In this document: in pieces, positions 1 to 13,393 of the stretch | Layout: each line of letters starts with the position of its first letter | How positions within the stretch are numbered: position 1 is the stretch's first letter | Source of the DNA: Pelomyxa schiedti | Lineage: Eukaryota > Protista > Evosea | Assembly: GCA_020536535.1 (NCBI GenBank) | Contig: JAHLWZ010000790.1 | Coordinates: forward strand, 310,001-374,000 | Direction: 5' to 3' | DNA length: 64,000 nucleotides | Notes under the pieces: model-generated | What the model was told of the DNA's origin: nothing | The model's database searches: none | Seen by the model: the letters and a program-made list of their open reading frames with translations, nothing else | Position numbers and translations under genes: made by a program

Positions 1-24
1 TGGTTTTTGGTTTTATTTTTCCAG

Positions 25-2415
25 AGTGATTACGCCGATGACGAAAACCTCGAAGCCACTATAGCTGTTGGCAATTCCTCCTTTTTTGGGCGGGTCTTCA
101 TACGTTACCTGGTCCAATCCTTCTAACACGAGATGTTAACAGAGAATAGCCGAACTGGAAATACTTGAGGCAGCAACAACCCGCACCCAAACAGAACCCG
201 ATTCGGCCGATTTCGCTGATTTCCCAGAGCCAACTCAGGCGACCACAACTTCCTCTTCGTTGTCTACAGCAATTTTGAATACCACTGAACCACTTCCGGA
301 AATTGAGATACACTTTGACACGACAGACGACACCCCCCCTCCTTTGCCTCCTCCACTTCATCGGACCAGCTCTTTAGTGGCCACGGCCCCTCCTCTCAAT
401 CAATCAACACGAAGACCTCCCCCGCCGGTACCGGATGAGGCTCCTTTCGATATTACATCGGATGTCTCTTCTTCGGAGGTTCCCAGTGAGGATGAACCTT
501 TGACATTAAAAGAAATGACCTCTCGGCTAGCAAGCTTCAAGGATCTCTTGTGTGTTATTTTCCTCCAAAACTGTCTGTAGAAAAGCTTACACGTACAAAG
601 AAATGCCCCTTCAACAGCAGAAACTGAGAGGGCTCTTACAGAACTCTATGAAAACGGTATTTCCAAGCTTCAAGAGCGTGTAACTGTGCTTATAAATCAA
701 GTATGTTAACTTATTGTAGCCTTTGCCATCCTCACCCCCTTCAGTATGTTGACAGTCCTACAATGCTTCAAGACTTGATGCTACTTTATGAGCAAGTTGA
801 TGTGATACAAACCCAGTGGCAGAACAGGCAGCAGCAAGGGGAAACAGCAAGTGAAGTGATTCGCTCTTCCATCCACATGGTCAGCTTATTTTTTCTTTTT
901 CCATAAACAAGCACTCACAAAAATTAGGTGGAAACACAACCACTCATCGACCTCCCTGAACAAAATTCAACTGCCTATATAACTACTCCGTTTTCTGGAA
1001 CTTCTTCGACATCATCTTCATCCACAACTTCATCTTCATCTGCAGCTGTATCTACACCCCCAGGCACTAGTACAAGAAGTTCTTCTCTTCTCAAGCAAGT
1101 GCAAATCAATGATGCAGAACCGGAAGAACCTGTATTAAATCCCTTTCTTGCATTTCAGCTCACTCGAGAAGCTACCAGATATATCCTGTCCAATTTGTAT
1201 GGACGATGTGAAAGGATCTCTCTGCTACAGGCTTCGAGAGTGCAAACATCAGTACTGTGTAAATGTAAAAGTCTACTTCCATGAACCACCCCAACTTTTA
1301 CTCAGTGCTTTGATGACTACTTGTCAACCTTGATAAAAGATGGTAAAGTTTTGGATATTAAGTGTCCCAACCCCACGTGTACTGCTGTTGTCAGCTACCA
1401 TGATGTATGCCAAAAAAAAAAGTTTCAGTGCCAATAAAACTCTGGATACAGGTCTCTGTGCTCATTGAAAATGATGAGCTATTTGCAAAATATGAAGAGT
1501 TTTTGTTCCTCGCTGCTCTAAAAGCTGAGCCAGGCCTTCGTTGGTGTCCAAAGTGTGTGCCCTGGTTTCTTTCTTTTTAATTACTCTTTCAAGACCGGGT
1601 TGTGGAAATGCCATGATTGGTTCTGAAGATGATCCACGCATGGTTTGCAACAAGCCTGGGTGTGGCTACGAGTTCTGTTTCAAATGCAATGAAGAGGCAT
1701 TCCCTCATCACTGATGTTCTTGTTTTGTCATGACTTTCCCTTAGTGGCATACTGGAACTTGTGAAGATCTCCAGAAATGGAAACTTGAGAACGGCACGGC
1801 AGATAAAAAGTAAACCCATTTGGCATGTGGCGTTCGGTTTAATTCCTTTAAAGGTATGCAGAATGGGCCAAACAACATACTAAGGCTTGTCCGAAGTGCA
1901 AAGCGAAAATAGAAAAGAATGCTGGTTGCAACCATATGTTCTCTTCCATTCTTAGGTCTATTCTTTCTGAAACCATTAGGACCTGTGTCAACTGCCATTA
2001 TGAGTTTTGTTGGCTCTGTGGTGGCAAATATTCAGTATGGTCTTCCATCAATTTACATCGATTTATTGGCATTGCAGTCGGGACACTTTGATAAGTTTAA
2101 CGTTCTTGGGTGCCCAGGAATGCAGTTTTCCGATTCCGAGGCATCTGACTCTCATCCACACTTGGCCATGGCAAAACGTGTGGGAGTGAGGGCTCTAATA
2201 GGTGCGTGCCACTCCGTCATTGCCTAACTCACCTTGCATAGGAACGGGCGTGGTAGTAGGTGGCTTGGTTGTTGGCGCTTTAGCTATTCCCGGAGTACTT
2301 ATTGGTGCCCCTATCTATGGTATCTTGCCAACTTTGATCTAAAACCTCCTATTGACTTTCTCAAGGTGGCTACAAACTTCATCAACGAGCGAAGAGAGCA
2401 CGCAGAGGGTGGTAG
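25..2415 (+). CDS. RBR (RING1-IBR-RING2) E3 ubiquitin ligase with C-terminal transmembrane helix, RNF144/RNF217/RNF19-like; 5' end lies outside the window
   Basis: Manual splicing of about 14 short introns gives RING1 [51 protein letters not shown] and RING2 [30 protein letters not shown] (catalytic Cys in GCNH). A hydrophobic [25 protein letters not shown] stretch and a basic tail follow, ending at TAG 2413-2415. Confidence 0.9.
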
Positions 2416-2592
2416 ATACTTGAGCAATTCTATTTGTAAATTTCTAAAATGATACTATCACCCTGTCCCCGACACCAAGTTTTTCGTTTCCCAGTGGTTT
2501 TATTGTTTAAAAAGAAATACCATTCTAGAGACAAAAAGTTGCTATGACAAAACTTAGATTTTGGTTTTTTCTTCCATAAATATCATTTACAA

Positions 2593-5500
2593 CTAATGCT
2601 GTTTGCCCTTTGGTTGCCTGTGACCTCTCTTAAACGATACCGCGTAGCCCAGTATCACTCCACAAACTGATAGAGCCAGTAATAAACCAAATGTGATGTA
2701 CACAGACATATCAGGGCCAGCCACTGTGGTGGAATAAGGTTTTTTGGTTTTAATTAGAAGGCGAACCTTTGCAGTCTCCATCATCAAAATTGCATTCTTC
2801 TATATCACACCCTTCCTGGCAAATGTTGTCCCCAACCCATGGATCAATGCACGTGGGAGCACAATCTTTTTTTTGTGAGTGTTAGTATGAGGAATCTGGC
2901 TTTTGTTTTGAATGAAAATACCTCCCATACAACCAAGGAATGATAGGCAGTCCATTTGACCAACACTGGGAAGTGTGGATACCAGGGTGGCGTAGCCGTG
3001 GGTTGGGTCAATGGAGTAAAGAACGGAGGAAAACCGGTTCTGCTGAGCAGTCATGTACAATACGTTGTTGCACAGGTCGTAGTCCATGCCGAGCGGGTCG
3101 TAGCTGCTCCCCAGTAGTCCTATGTATTGTACTTCACAGGTAGAAGCATTGATCCGTATCAATGCATGTAACTCTGGATCAACGGAATAAAGTTGCCCTT
3201 GGGAATCGGCAGCCAGTTCTAAGGCCCAGGAAACTGGTATTTCGCAAATTGGGGTGGTGGCGGCATTGCTTATGTCTATTGTATACAATGTAGTATTCAC
3301 TATAGCATTCAGCGTTGAATTGAGGTTGTTGCATGTAAAGGACACAAACATTTGATGATGGACAGGGGACCATGTCATCCCCCCAACTCTGCAGGAAGGT
3401 GCAGGAAAGTTGGTTGATCCAACAAGTGTGCTCTCACATGTATCGGTTGAAAGTTGATACAGATTGTTGCCAAGATCAAAAGCATACATGGCAGATGGGT
3501 CACCAGCAAAGAATTCTCCAGTATAAAGATGCTGGGCAAGATTATACCTGCACGTTATGGAGAGGTCCACAGTCGACGGGACCGAAAAGTTGAATAGGCC
3601 AGTGGGTTCATAGACAGGCTCGTAGCTTATTCCAAAGGCGCGTGCCGTCTGTTTTTCTGTGAAAAGGACCTAAGGAATCAGAAGGGACGGCAATGGCAGT
3701 GTGAACTGCAGGATGAGTTACCTTCGTGGACTTCGAGAATAAATGGGTGTATATCACCAGCAAAAAAAAGTGGCATTACGGCAATATAATAAGGAATTCC
3801 AGCTTTTGCACTCCAGGAGATCGTTGCATGTTCACAAGTGACATAGTCAGATTGGCACGTGGAAGCAACCCCAGAGCTACTACACTCGGAAAAGATGAGA
3901 ACAATGCACGAGACCTCACTTCCACAAACACTTGCTGTAATTACTTGGTCCACTGAAGATTCATAGCGGAAGTACATAGCTTTGGCCAAATATTAACAAA
4001 AAAAAGTACCTAAAACCTACCCTGAGTTTCAGAATTCTGGTCATTACAACTGTAAGCCGACGCGTCTTGTAATAACAAAGACCCGGAAACTGTGTAAGGC
4101 AATTTTGTGATGACATTGGATTCAAGACAGTTGTTGCCCACTGCTGCTTCCACTACCAAACAAAGAGGTAAAAATAGTGTGCAATCAAAGAAAGAAGAAA
4201 TACAGCTGGTCAATTCCATTTCAAATGAGACAAAGCTGGAATATGATGAGGGTGCTATAGCGATAGTATAGGCAGTGTTGGCGTATGCTGGCCATAGAGC
4301 AAGGTGTTGACCACCTTCCTCACAGTCCCCTGGTGTGTAATTAAAGCATCCTTGCCCGACGTCATAGAGGCACTCTTCAATGACAAACAAATTGAATGAT
4401 ATAGTGGCACATAGGTCAGCAACAAGTACTGTATCCTGTGCAGGTGTATAGATAAAATACATCCCTGTCCAAGAAAACTCAATGGAAAAGATCGGTTTGT
4501 GGATTACCTTGCTGCTGGGAGACTGTTCCATTGCAATTGATCGTTGAGATTGCTTGTTCAGCGATATTCCCCACAAGTGAGATAGGTATACTTGGGATTG
4601 TGACTGCTGATGAACACTGGCTTGCTTCATTGTAGTAAACTAAAAGAAGTATCAGAGAAAGGTGAAAGTGGATTGGGAGATATGACCAGAATACAAACGC
4701 AATTCATAGTAGGACCCCACATCCCAAGTATTAGCTGTAACAAAGATTAAGTATGTCGTGCCCTTAATAGCTCTCCAAGTTGTACTGGAGCCTGTAACGC
4801 AGTACTCTGTACTTAAATTCAAGACACAGTCTAGTCCAATGCCTTCACTACAGGTGGACATCACAGGAAGCACTCCAGGCTCTATATTTGTATTATCACT
4901 GCATGTTGTAGCGTGCAGGAGGCCATCCTCTCTTGCCAGATATGCATACCATACCCCTTTCCTCTTTGTTTATTTCAAAACGCAAGGTAATCCATACCTC
5001 TCACAGTTACTGAATAACTACACGAATATTGTGATAGTGTGTTATACGTGTCACTTCCACTTTGTATAAAGGGTAAGGTATCAATGTAAATAGGGGTAAG
5101 ACAGGAGTTGCCTTCATCATTGCCAGCTGCTTTGGGTAAGGAGGAAGTAAGGAAACTTAGGGCAAAACTAACCGTCATATACAGTAAGATTAAATCTTCC
5201 TACAGTATTTTGAACACCCGTTACAAATAAGTAATATGTTACTCCTCCGTGTGCTGTCCACTTTATTTGAGACATCATATCATTGCATTCGTTGTCCCCA
5301 ATGTCAAGGCAACCATTCGCCACAGGAGGTGAATCAGCAGTGCAGTTGGTAAAGAGGTAAATCATTGTATTGAATGTTGTTGCTTCTGCGCATGTCATAG
5401 CCACAAAGGTGGTTGTATTTGGAGGTGTCACAGAAAACCACACCCCTGTTTTTTTTTTTTTATGTTATCCTTTTTTTCCTCTGTGGTATATATTTTGTAA

Positions 5501-6795
5501 AAGTGTACAAGACTAAAACCACCTGGCACCTTTCTTTGATTCAAGAGTTGGACAAGCATACAGAGAGAAACCTTCGACGTCAGTGTACAGGGTCACAGTA
5601 AAGGGAAAGGATGAAATCACAGTTGAGTCAGAGCACGAAGATGAAATCTCCTCTTTCCGCGTGTCAGAAGAAGACATACAAAAGAATGTCTTACCTTCCC
5701 AAACTGAGAGGGTAAAGATATCTCTCTGACCCACAGAAGAGCTTGTTACAAAGAGGTAGTATGTTTCAGATTTTGTTGCACTCCAAATCACTTGAGATGC
5801 GCGATCAAGGCAAAAACTTTCGTCATGCGTGATGCAGCCTGATGCTGTGTAATTTCCCGCATTTGATGTGCAGCTATCAAATACGTAAAGTTCCGCATCG
5901 TATGATGTCAGGTAGCTGCATGTACTGGCCACGGTAAACGAAGTGTGTGTCGGTGTGTATTTGAACCACATCCCTGTGGGGCGTCATTTGTGTATTTGGT
6001 TCTGTGGATAAGACCTCTTCCTGAAGTCAATGAATCACAACTGTACCAGGATGACACTTTTGTCAAAGAAGGGGATCCAAGAAGGACATATGGTAAAGTG
6101 GAAATACTGAGGGCACTATTACAGTCGGGGCCAACGGAGGTTTCAGCTTATGACTTAGTTACTATGATAAAAACAAAAAAAATACAGTGAAGAATGGAAC
6201 CTCGTACAACAGATAAGGTGAAGGTCCCTACAGTAGCTCCATGCTTGTTTGTATCTGAGTTGGAAACAAACAAATAAAGTCTGTTGCTTCCTGGTTTTGA
6301 AAGCCACCTATATGCACTGCCCCAGCCTGATGCCCCACATGGTGTTGAGGCAGCAGTAGAACAGTTCAATCCAATTCCATTAACACATGCGCGGAACACA
6401 TTGATATATGTGTTGAAAGAAGGAACAGGTTCACAAGTCGAGGCCACAATAACAGATGCATTCGGTGTTGCGTCAAAAGCAAACCAGACACCTAACTTTG
6501 GTTTCAAAAAAACAAAAAAAAACCAACAAACAAAACAAAAAAAAACCCAAACAAACAAAGCAAAAAAAGCAAACAAACCTCTTTTGATGTGGTCTATTGG
6601 ACACACATATTCCGACGTTGGAGTTGAGGATGAGGTGACTTGAGTGGTCATGAACGGCAGCACGTCAACCACTATGGGCACGCTGCAGTTTTCCCCTTCA
6701 GCATTTGTTCCCCACACATTGCAAACTAATACAACCGCCGCGAGTATCGTCGTCGGCACGCAGCCCACGAGGTGTCGCCCGCCCCACCACCCCAT
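2593..6795 (-). CDS. Type I surface protein: signal peptide, 6 Cys-containing beta-sandwich-like repeats, beta-propeller, LNR (Notch) repeat, TM, short basic tail
   Basis: ATG 6795 is followed by hydrophobic ILAAVVLVCNVWG. Six repeats share C..P.V...LPF....C.....G/W F....TC.......YVF..C.....C......S...W.A....YYLFV......F.L.V..G. A ~725-nt exon (2922-3648) encodes YTID/YSID-type propeller blades. Exon 2767-2865 encodes CAPTCIDPWVGDNICQEGCDIEECNFDDGDC. The TM is VYITFGLLLALSVCGVILGYAV. Confidence 0.8.
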
Positions 6796-6978
6796 TCCGG
6801 TATCGAATTCGTTACAGATCCACTGGAACATGCACATTGGTGTGATCTCGCTCTGGATCTCTGGAGAATCCTTTTTTTTGCTTGTGGTGGTTCCTCGCAA
6901 CCCACTGCACTCCCAACTATAAATTGTCGATCCCCAAGTACCAGAAGAACTTTCGAAAAAATTTAAAAACAGAAAAAA
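6796..6978. promoter_or_regulatory. Probable bidirectional promoter (~180 bp) between divergent genes
   Basis: Divergent start codons at 6795 (-) and 6979 (+). Similar short divergent spacers occur at 15591-15849, 21243-21442 and 44312-44607. Confidence 0.55.
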
Positions 6979-9900
6979 ATGGACACCAAGGTGACGCGCC
7001 ACAACCTGCGACGTAGCAACGCACTCCTTTTTTTTTTTTTTACCCCTTTGTGTCTTCCAACACGTTAGTTTTTTTTTAGTTTTAACTCGCTCACAGACTG
7101 GTGGGCCACCGGTGGCACAGCCAGGACCGGGACCCCAGACGACAACACAACAACAACAACAACAACAACAACAACCACAAACACCCACACAGACACAACA
7201 ACCGGACCAACAACAACAGCAACAACCAGCACTAGATCCTGAGCAACAGGCTTACTACTACTCAGTACTTACCCACTTTTTTTTTTTTTTTTTTTAGTAT
7301 TTGTTTGTTTTGTTTGATGTATCGTGGGGTTTTTTTTTTTTTCCCCTCCGCAATTACGCCTTTACTCACTTCTTTTTTTTTTTTTTTTTTTTATTTACGA
7401 AGCTTTATCAAATGTACGGGTGCATGCCAACGGACCCTTCGCAGTACAGTGCGTGGGCTCAGCAACAAACTGCTGCAACTGGCGCGGCACCCCCTGCCAA
7501 TGGAACAAGTGCTATGCAACCTTTTCCTCAGCAAGGCCAGCAACAGGCACCGGGCGCTACACCGCCAGGCTATCCTGGGGGTTATCCATACTATAACTAC
7601 CAAATGGGCGGATACCAACAAAGACCCATGATGGGGATGGGCGGAATGGGTGCGCCACTACAACCATCAAAGTCTCTATGGGTCGGGAATCTTCCTTCTG
7701 ACATTACTGAGGATGAGATAAGGGAGGCCTTTTCTGCTTTTGGGTCTGTGGAAAGCATTAAGGTAGGATTCATATCTACCCAAAAAATGCTTTAACTTTT
7801 TTTTTTTTTGTATAGCTTCTACAAGCCAAGAACTGTTGCTTTATCAATTTTGAGGATCTGCAGTCATCCATGGCTGCTCATAGTGGGATGACTGGACATA
7901 TCATGCACGGTCAACAAATCAAAATTGGTTGGGGAAAGGTTGTAATTCAAATGCCAAAACAATTCTAATAGTTCCTAGACAGAGGCTGTTGAAGATCACG
8001 GACCTCCACCTTGCCGTAACTTATGGATAGGAAACATCCATCCAGATACGACGGAACAAGATATTTCTGAGGCGTTTCAGCAATACGGGGCAATTGAAAG
8101 GATAAGGGTCATCCCTCATAAAGGATGTGCCTTCGTCAATTTCCAAACATTGGAGGCGTGTGTGGCAGCCAAAAAGAATATGCAGGGCAAACAATTGCTT
8201 GGGCAACCAATGAAGCTCAACTTCGGAAAGGTAAGTTGTACTACCCTGTATGCAACTAACACCCCACAGGATTCGGGCCCTCCAACTGCTCCTGCGTCAT
8301 CTGCACCGTCTACACCATCTACTTTCTTACGACAAGATGAACCACCACCACCGAGAGCACCTCCCCCAGGTGAGCAGACACATGTAATTTTTGGTTTCCA
8401 ACTTGCATTTCAGCAGGAGTAGAGGAAAAAAATGTTATTGACAAACTCGCAGAGTATGTTGTAAGAAATGGAACTATGTTTGAACAGATGATGATATCGA
8501 AGCAAAAAGACAATCCAAAAATGAGTTTCCTGCAACCCACTGACCCCTTCCATGCTTATTACAAGTGGCGCGTGTATGAAATAACGCAGGGTTTGAGTCC
8601 TTTTCCTCTCCCATCCCTTCTCACTATTTTGCAGCTGAAAAGTCCTCAGGCACTCCCATTGTGCGTTGTCTTTCTTTAATGCAGTGGCAAATAACTATTC
8701 CAAACAAAGATGTAAATCACGGATTTCCCATTTATGCACTAATAGGGACCGCCCCTCAGTGAACAAGACGTGTCTGAGCTCAAAGGAATACTCACTCAAC
8801 TACAAGCCACAAAGGAATCAATCAAAGTACCTTTCCACTTCGTCAAACATAGAAAAACTGACAGCTCTTCAAAGGCTGCTAAAGACTGGATCACAAATCA
8901 TTGCAAACAACTGATTGGTGTTGGACAAATCCTCAAGAGTACCGTTGAGGCAGTTCCAACTTTTGAGAAGAAATTGAACATTGTCTATCTTATCAACGAT
9001 ATTTTGCACCACGGGTATTTCATACACAACCCAGACTATTTTCTCACGTTCCTTCAGATTTCGCCTTCGTAACGGAGAAGCAACAGACGAATACAATACC
9101 GGTTTACGGACAATTCTCCCCTCTGTAATGAGTGCCTCCTTCTCCAGTGGGCAACCCCAAGACCAAGAAAAGATTTTGAAGGTGCTACAAATATGGTCCG
9201 ATAAAGGGATCTATGAAAAAGATTTCATGGATAAACTGAGGAACTACACTATAGGACATTCCATAGAAGTGGTTAGCATCTCGTTTTACTGTTTGTTTTT
9301 AACGCCCTCTTTAGCAAAGACAACCAAATGAACCACAGGGAACCGCACAGTTTGGGAGTTCTAATCCCCACATGTATTCGGAGTCATCAGGGACTTCAAT
9401 AGGCGGCTCACTACCTGGTGCTGCCAGCACAGACAGTAACCAGCCTGAGACAAATCGAAATGCACAACTGGTAAACCGTATGGAAACATTTTATCAGGAA
9501 GCAATGGGAGGCTCCACAAAGGGTGGTCCTCCTGACATGACAGGAGAACAAAGTGGGTGGGGAGGAAGGGGGCGAGGCAGATTTGGTGGTGGTGGAAGTG
9601 GGTGGGATAGGGACCCAAACAACAGCGGGAGCGGAAGAGGGAGACCACATGATAGAGACAGAGACAGGGATAGAGACCGCGATCGTGATCGCGACAGGGA
9701 TAGAGGCAGAGACTGGGGGCGAGGAGATAGAGGAGGCTACAGAGGAGGCAGGGGTGGCCGAGAGTGGGGTAGAGGTGGCAGATGGAACGACTACGGGGGC
9801 GCACAGTCCCACCATCACCACCACCATCACCATTCCTCCCACAGACACTCGCATACACACAGAGGCAGACACAGCCACAGCCGTTCCCGCAGCCCCTCCA

Positions 9901-10202
9901 ATAGCAAAAGCCGCAGCCCATCTCGCAGCCGGAGCAGTAGCCAGAGCCGAAGCATGAGTATCAGCGGGAGCCGGAGCCGCAGCCAGAGCAGGAGCCAGAG
10001 CAATAGCAAGAGCAGGAGCCCCAACCGAGATACCACAGCCACAGCCACCAACCCACAAGCAACGTTGGTTCCCAATCAAATCCCACAACAACCACCTCCC
10101 CCACCACAACAAATAATACCACAGCAAGTGCCCCCACCACCTCCACCAACAAACAATACAACAGTAGCCCCTCCAATGCCACCTACCCAGAAGCAGAATT
10201 AA
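6979..10202 (+). CDS. Spliceosome-associated RRM-RRM-SURP-CID protein with RGG/RD/poly-His/RS tail (CHERP/U2SURP-like)
   Basis: RRM1 SKSLWVGNLPSDITEDEIREAF..CFINF; RRM2 RNLWIGNIHPDTTEQDI..KGCAFVNF; SURP IDKLAEYVVRNGTMFE..SFLQPTDPFHAYYKWRV; CID TKESIKAAKDWI..KKLNIVYLINDILHH..KILKVLQIW; then RD and RS dipeptide repeats. Confidence 0.8.
7148..7174 (+). repeat. (CAA)9 microsatellite encoding polyQ
   Basis: Nine perfect CAA units in exon 2 of the SURP/CID gene. Confidence 0.9.
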
Positions 10203-10318
10203 ACAAACTCCATCATTTCCATTCTATTCTAAACGAAACATTATTTTCCCGGTCGTTCTGTCAACCGCAGCAGCCCGCAACCAAGCAGAAAAAAATCAAA
10301 AAAAACAAAAAAACCCAC

Positions 10319-13300
10319 ATGGCATCCAGTGTTGCGGATGAGAGTGTAAAACCGCCTCGTAAGAAGTGTCGAGTGGTAAAACACAACGGATCAGACTCGG
10401 AGAGCGACAACAAAGCAAGCCCGACATTGGCAGCAACCACAGGCACTACAACGGCGACATCCTCGCCACGTGCAACTACGAGCGGTAGTGATACGGACAC
10501 GTGTGCTACAGCCAAGCCTAAGAAAAAGACTAGCACAGGCAGGGCAACAAGGGGAAGCGGGAGAGCAAAAAGTGGTGGCAAGAAGAAGAAGAATGACGAA
10601 AAAGAGGAGGTTGACGCAGCGGGAGAAGTGAAAGAAGAGGCCAAGAAGAAAAATACCAAGGGGAGGCGTAGCTCACGGCGGAAGGACAAAGATGAAGATG
10701 GCAATGTGAGTAAGGAAGATGACCAGGGTACTGAGAAGAAAGGAAAGAAGGAAACGGCAGAGAAGACTCCGGCAAAAGCTGCCAAGGAGAAAACGACAGG
10801 GAAGCGGTCAAGGACAAAGACACCAAAGGGGAGTGCCACCAGGAAAAAAAAAGACAACACAGGCCATGTGGAAGAGGCACCCCTCATTCATGAAGAAACA
10901 ACAGTGGCAATCACCACTATTACAAATACGGAGAAACTTTACTGCAATGACCAGTGTGTAAATGTAGAACTGATCAAAGAAAATAAAGAAGTGGTACAGA
11001 CTGAGGCAGCACCTTGCAGCCCAAAACCAACGACGCCCATTGCTCCCCTTGATTCACCTATCTCACCTTGCCCGTCTACTCCACCATCCTTACAGACAGT
11101 ATCCCTGGACCAAAGGGAATCTCATTCACTGAGTGATCTCACACATGTCACCTCGACTGTTGTCAGCACGTCTACACTTGTTACTGTTTCAGGTACCTCG
11201 GTAACACCCGAAAAAATCTTAGATCCTCCATTATGTGTGGGTGCACCACTGACAGTGAACCCAAAACCGCCGATCAAACTCCCGTACTATGGCAGGTATG
11301 ATCTGGCTGATCATTATTTGCATTCCTTAGTGATGTAAGGAAACCGAAGGCTAGTGATACTATGTTGATGCGATGCCACAATAGGAGCACTTTCAAGAGC
11401 GGTGCTGAGACTCCTATGTGGAGCATTTCTACCGCTGCCCGTGGATTCATCGGCGATAGACCAGAAAACCAGGTTTCCTTTTCTATCACTTCTCAAATCT
11501 CAACATTTGATATCAGGATGTCTTTCTTATAGATTTTAGTACAGAAAATCCCCTTTTTGGAGTATTTGATGGGTACAACCCTTTCTTCCATTTTTCATTA
11601 TAAGTGTTATTAGACATGGGATTCGAGGTGCTGAAGCGTCCGGGGATGTCGCAGAAAGTATAGTTAAACACATTGCCTCAACCCCGTATGGTACCGACAC
11701 CCGCGCTACTCTTACAGAAGCATTCAAGTGAGCTTGTTTCAATTGCAAGGGGAAAGAACTTTCTCAACTCATAGATATTTAGGGTAGCTCAAGCAGCTCT
11801 AGTCAGTAAGGCGTCTAAGTATCCTCTTGAGACTTGTGAATATGGTACCACTGCTGCAGCTGTAATAGTAAATGGGGGTTTTGCAACGTGTGCTTGGGCT
11901 GGTGATACACGAGCTGTACTTTGTCACCCGAAACGTCCTCAAACTTCCAGCACAGCTACATTCACACCACTCTCTATTGACCACTCTTTATACAGTGACG
12001 ATGAACAAAAGCGAATCCAAAAGTTACTAGCCCTCTTTGCGTAATGCCTGTCTAAATAACCAAAGTTGCGGGGGAGTGATAATTGACAAGAATAAAGTTC
12101 GAAGAATATTACCAAGCACCATTGACTATTCATATGCTCAAATAGCTGAACACAAAGCAAGTGGCCACCCTCTAACCTTATAAGATAAACCACATGTGAT
12201 AGCTAAAAGTTAATGGAAAAATAATACGTTTGGGATTAATCAATCATAGTTGGCACTCAATATGAGTAGATCACTCGGTCACATTATTCTAGGCAAGTAT
12301 GGAGTTATAGCTGTACCTGATGTTGTCTCGATGCAAATAAATGACGGTGATCGACTTGTAGTCGCATCAGATGGGCTGTGGAACCTTTGCACCAACGCTG
12401 AGGTAGCGGAATTCGTTCAAAAGAGCTCGACAGCAGATGGAGCATGTCTGGCACTGGTGTGGATAGACAATATAACCGCCACTAATGATACACTTACTTT
12501 CATTTAGTGTACTGAGGTTAAAGAACGCTGCAGACAGCGTAAATCGCGTGCTGACAATACAACAGTGGTAGTCGCATTTTTCCACAGCAAGAATGATGAC
12601 GACAGTGATGATGATGTAATAAAAGTCCAGTTACCTCCAACAGAAGAAAAGCCAAGTTCACGGTTGCGACCAAGGCAAAGTAAAGGGCAAAAATCCCCTA
12701 CACCACGTTCCCCATCCAAGAAGCATACAAGGAAGAAAAGTTCGAAGAAGACCAGCCAAACTGCAGTCAGTTCTACCACTTCAACTTCGGCACCAACGTC
12801 AGTGCCAGTGCCAGTACCAGAACCAGCACCAGCACCAGCACCAGCACCAGCACCAACCCCAACTCCATCATCAACTCAAATTCAGCTCACAACAACTTCT
12901 CGAAATGAAATGGACCCACGGCAATCTCGTGCGGAAGTCCCTCCACAGCCCATAAAACCAGCAATTCCCGCACAATCCACAGAAACTGCCCTGCCTGAGA
13001 CACACCAACCAATTACGGCACTCAAAACACATGAGCCCCTTCCCACCTCCACCCCAACCCCAACGCCAACACCCACATCCACATCCACACCCTCACCCAC
13101 CCCCAAACCCTTGCAAACCAATGCCATAAGGGAATCACCACCCTCATCGCAAGTACCGGTCCCTGAAGAAGAACAAGAAGAACAAACCCAACACAACCAA
13201 CAGCAGCCACAACAACCGCAGGAACCATGTCAGCCTTGTGAGGAAGCACACCCCGACAGAGACGAGGATGAGGATGATGAAGAGGTTGTGTTCCGGGATG

Positions 13301-13377
13301 ATGACAGGCCCCTCGATTCACCACCAGTGTCCCCCCTGAGACCTCCCGTTTCTCCATTTTCACCTCTCAGTTCCTAG
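10319..13377 (+). CDS. PP2C/PPM-family protein phosphatase with long K-rich N-terminal and P/T/E-rich C-terminal disordered arms
   Basis: Spliced motifs RPENQD, GVFDGHG, GTTA, AWAGDTRAVL, SIDH, MSRSLG, VASDGLW and ADNTTVVV are all intact. Confidence 0.9.
12805..12852 (+). repeat. CCAGNN hexamer tandem repeat encoding (PV/PE/PA)n
   Basis: Eight CCAG-NN units in the PP2C C-terminal arm. Confidence 0.8.
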
Positions 13378-13393
13378 TGGTACCACTAGCCAG

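Noticed and set aside
578-580. In-frame stops between collinear ORFs (TAG 578-580, TAA 24925-24927, TAG 34712-34714), suggesting readthrough or a variant genetic code
   Set aside because: Each lies inside a plausible 3n-length intron (51, 42 and 45 nt) whose removal restores the protein motif. TAA, TAG and TGA all terminate well-identified genes.
9361-10887. Long antisense ORFs (also 22489-23130, 25410-25946, 27526-28014, 59788-60783)
   Set aside because: They are shadows of low-complexity or GC-rich sense coding sequence, with no domain motifs or independent splice structure.
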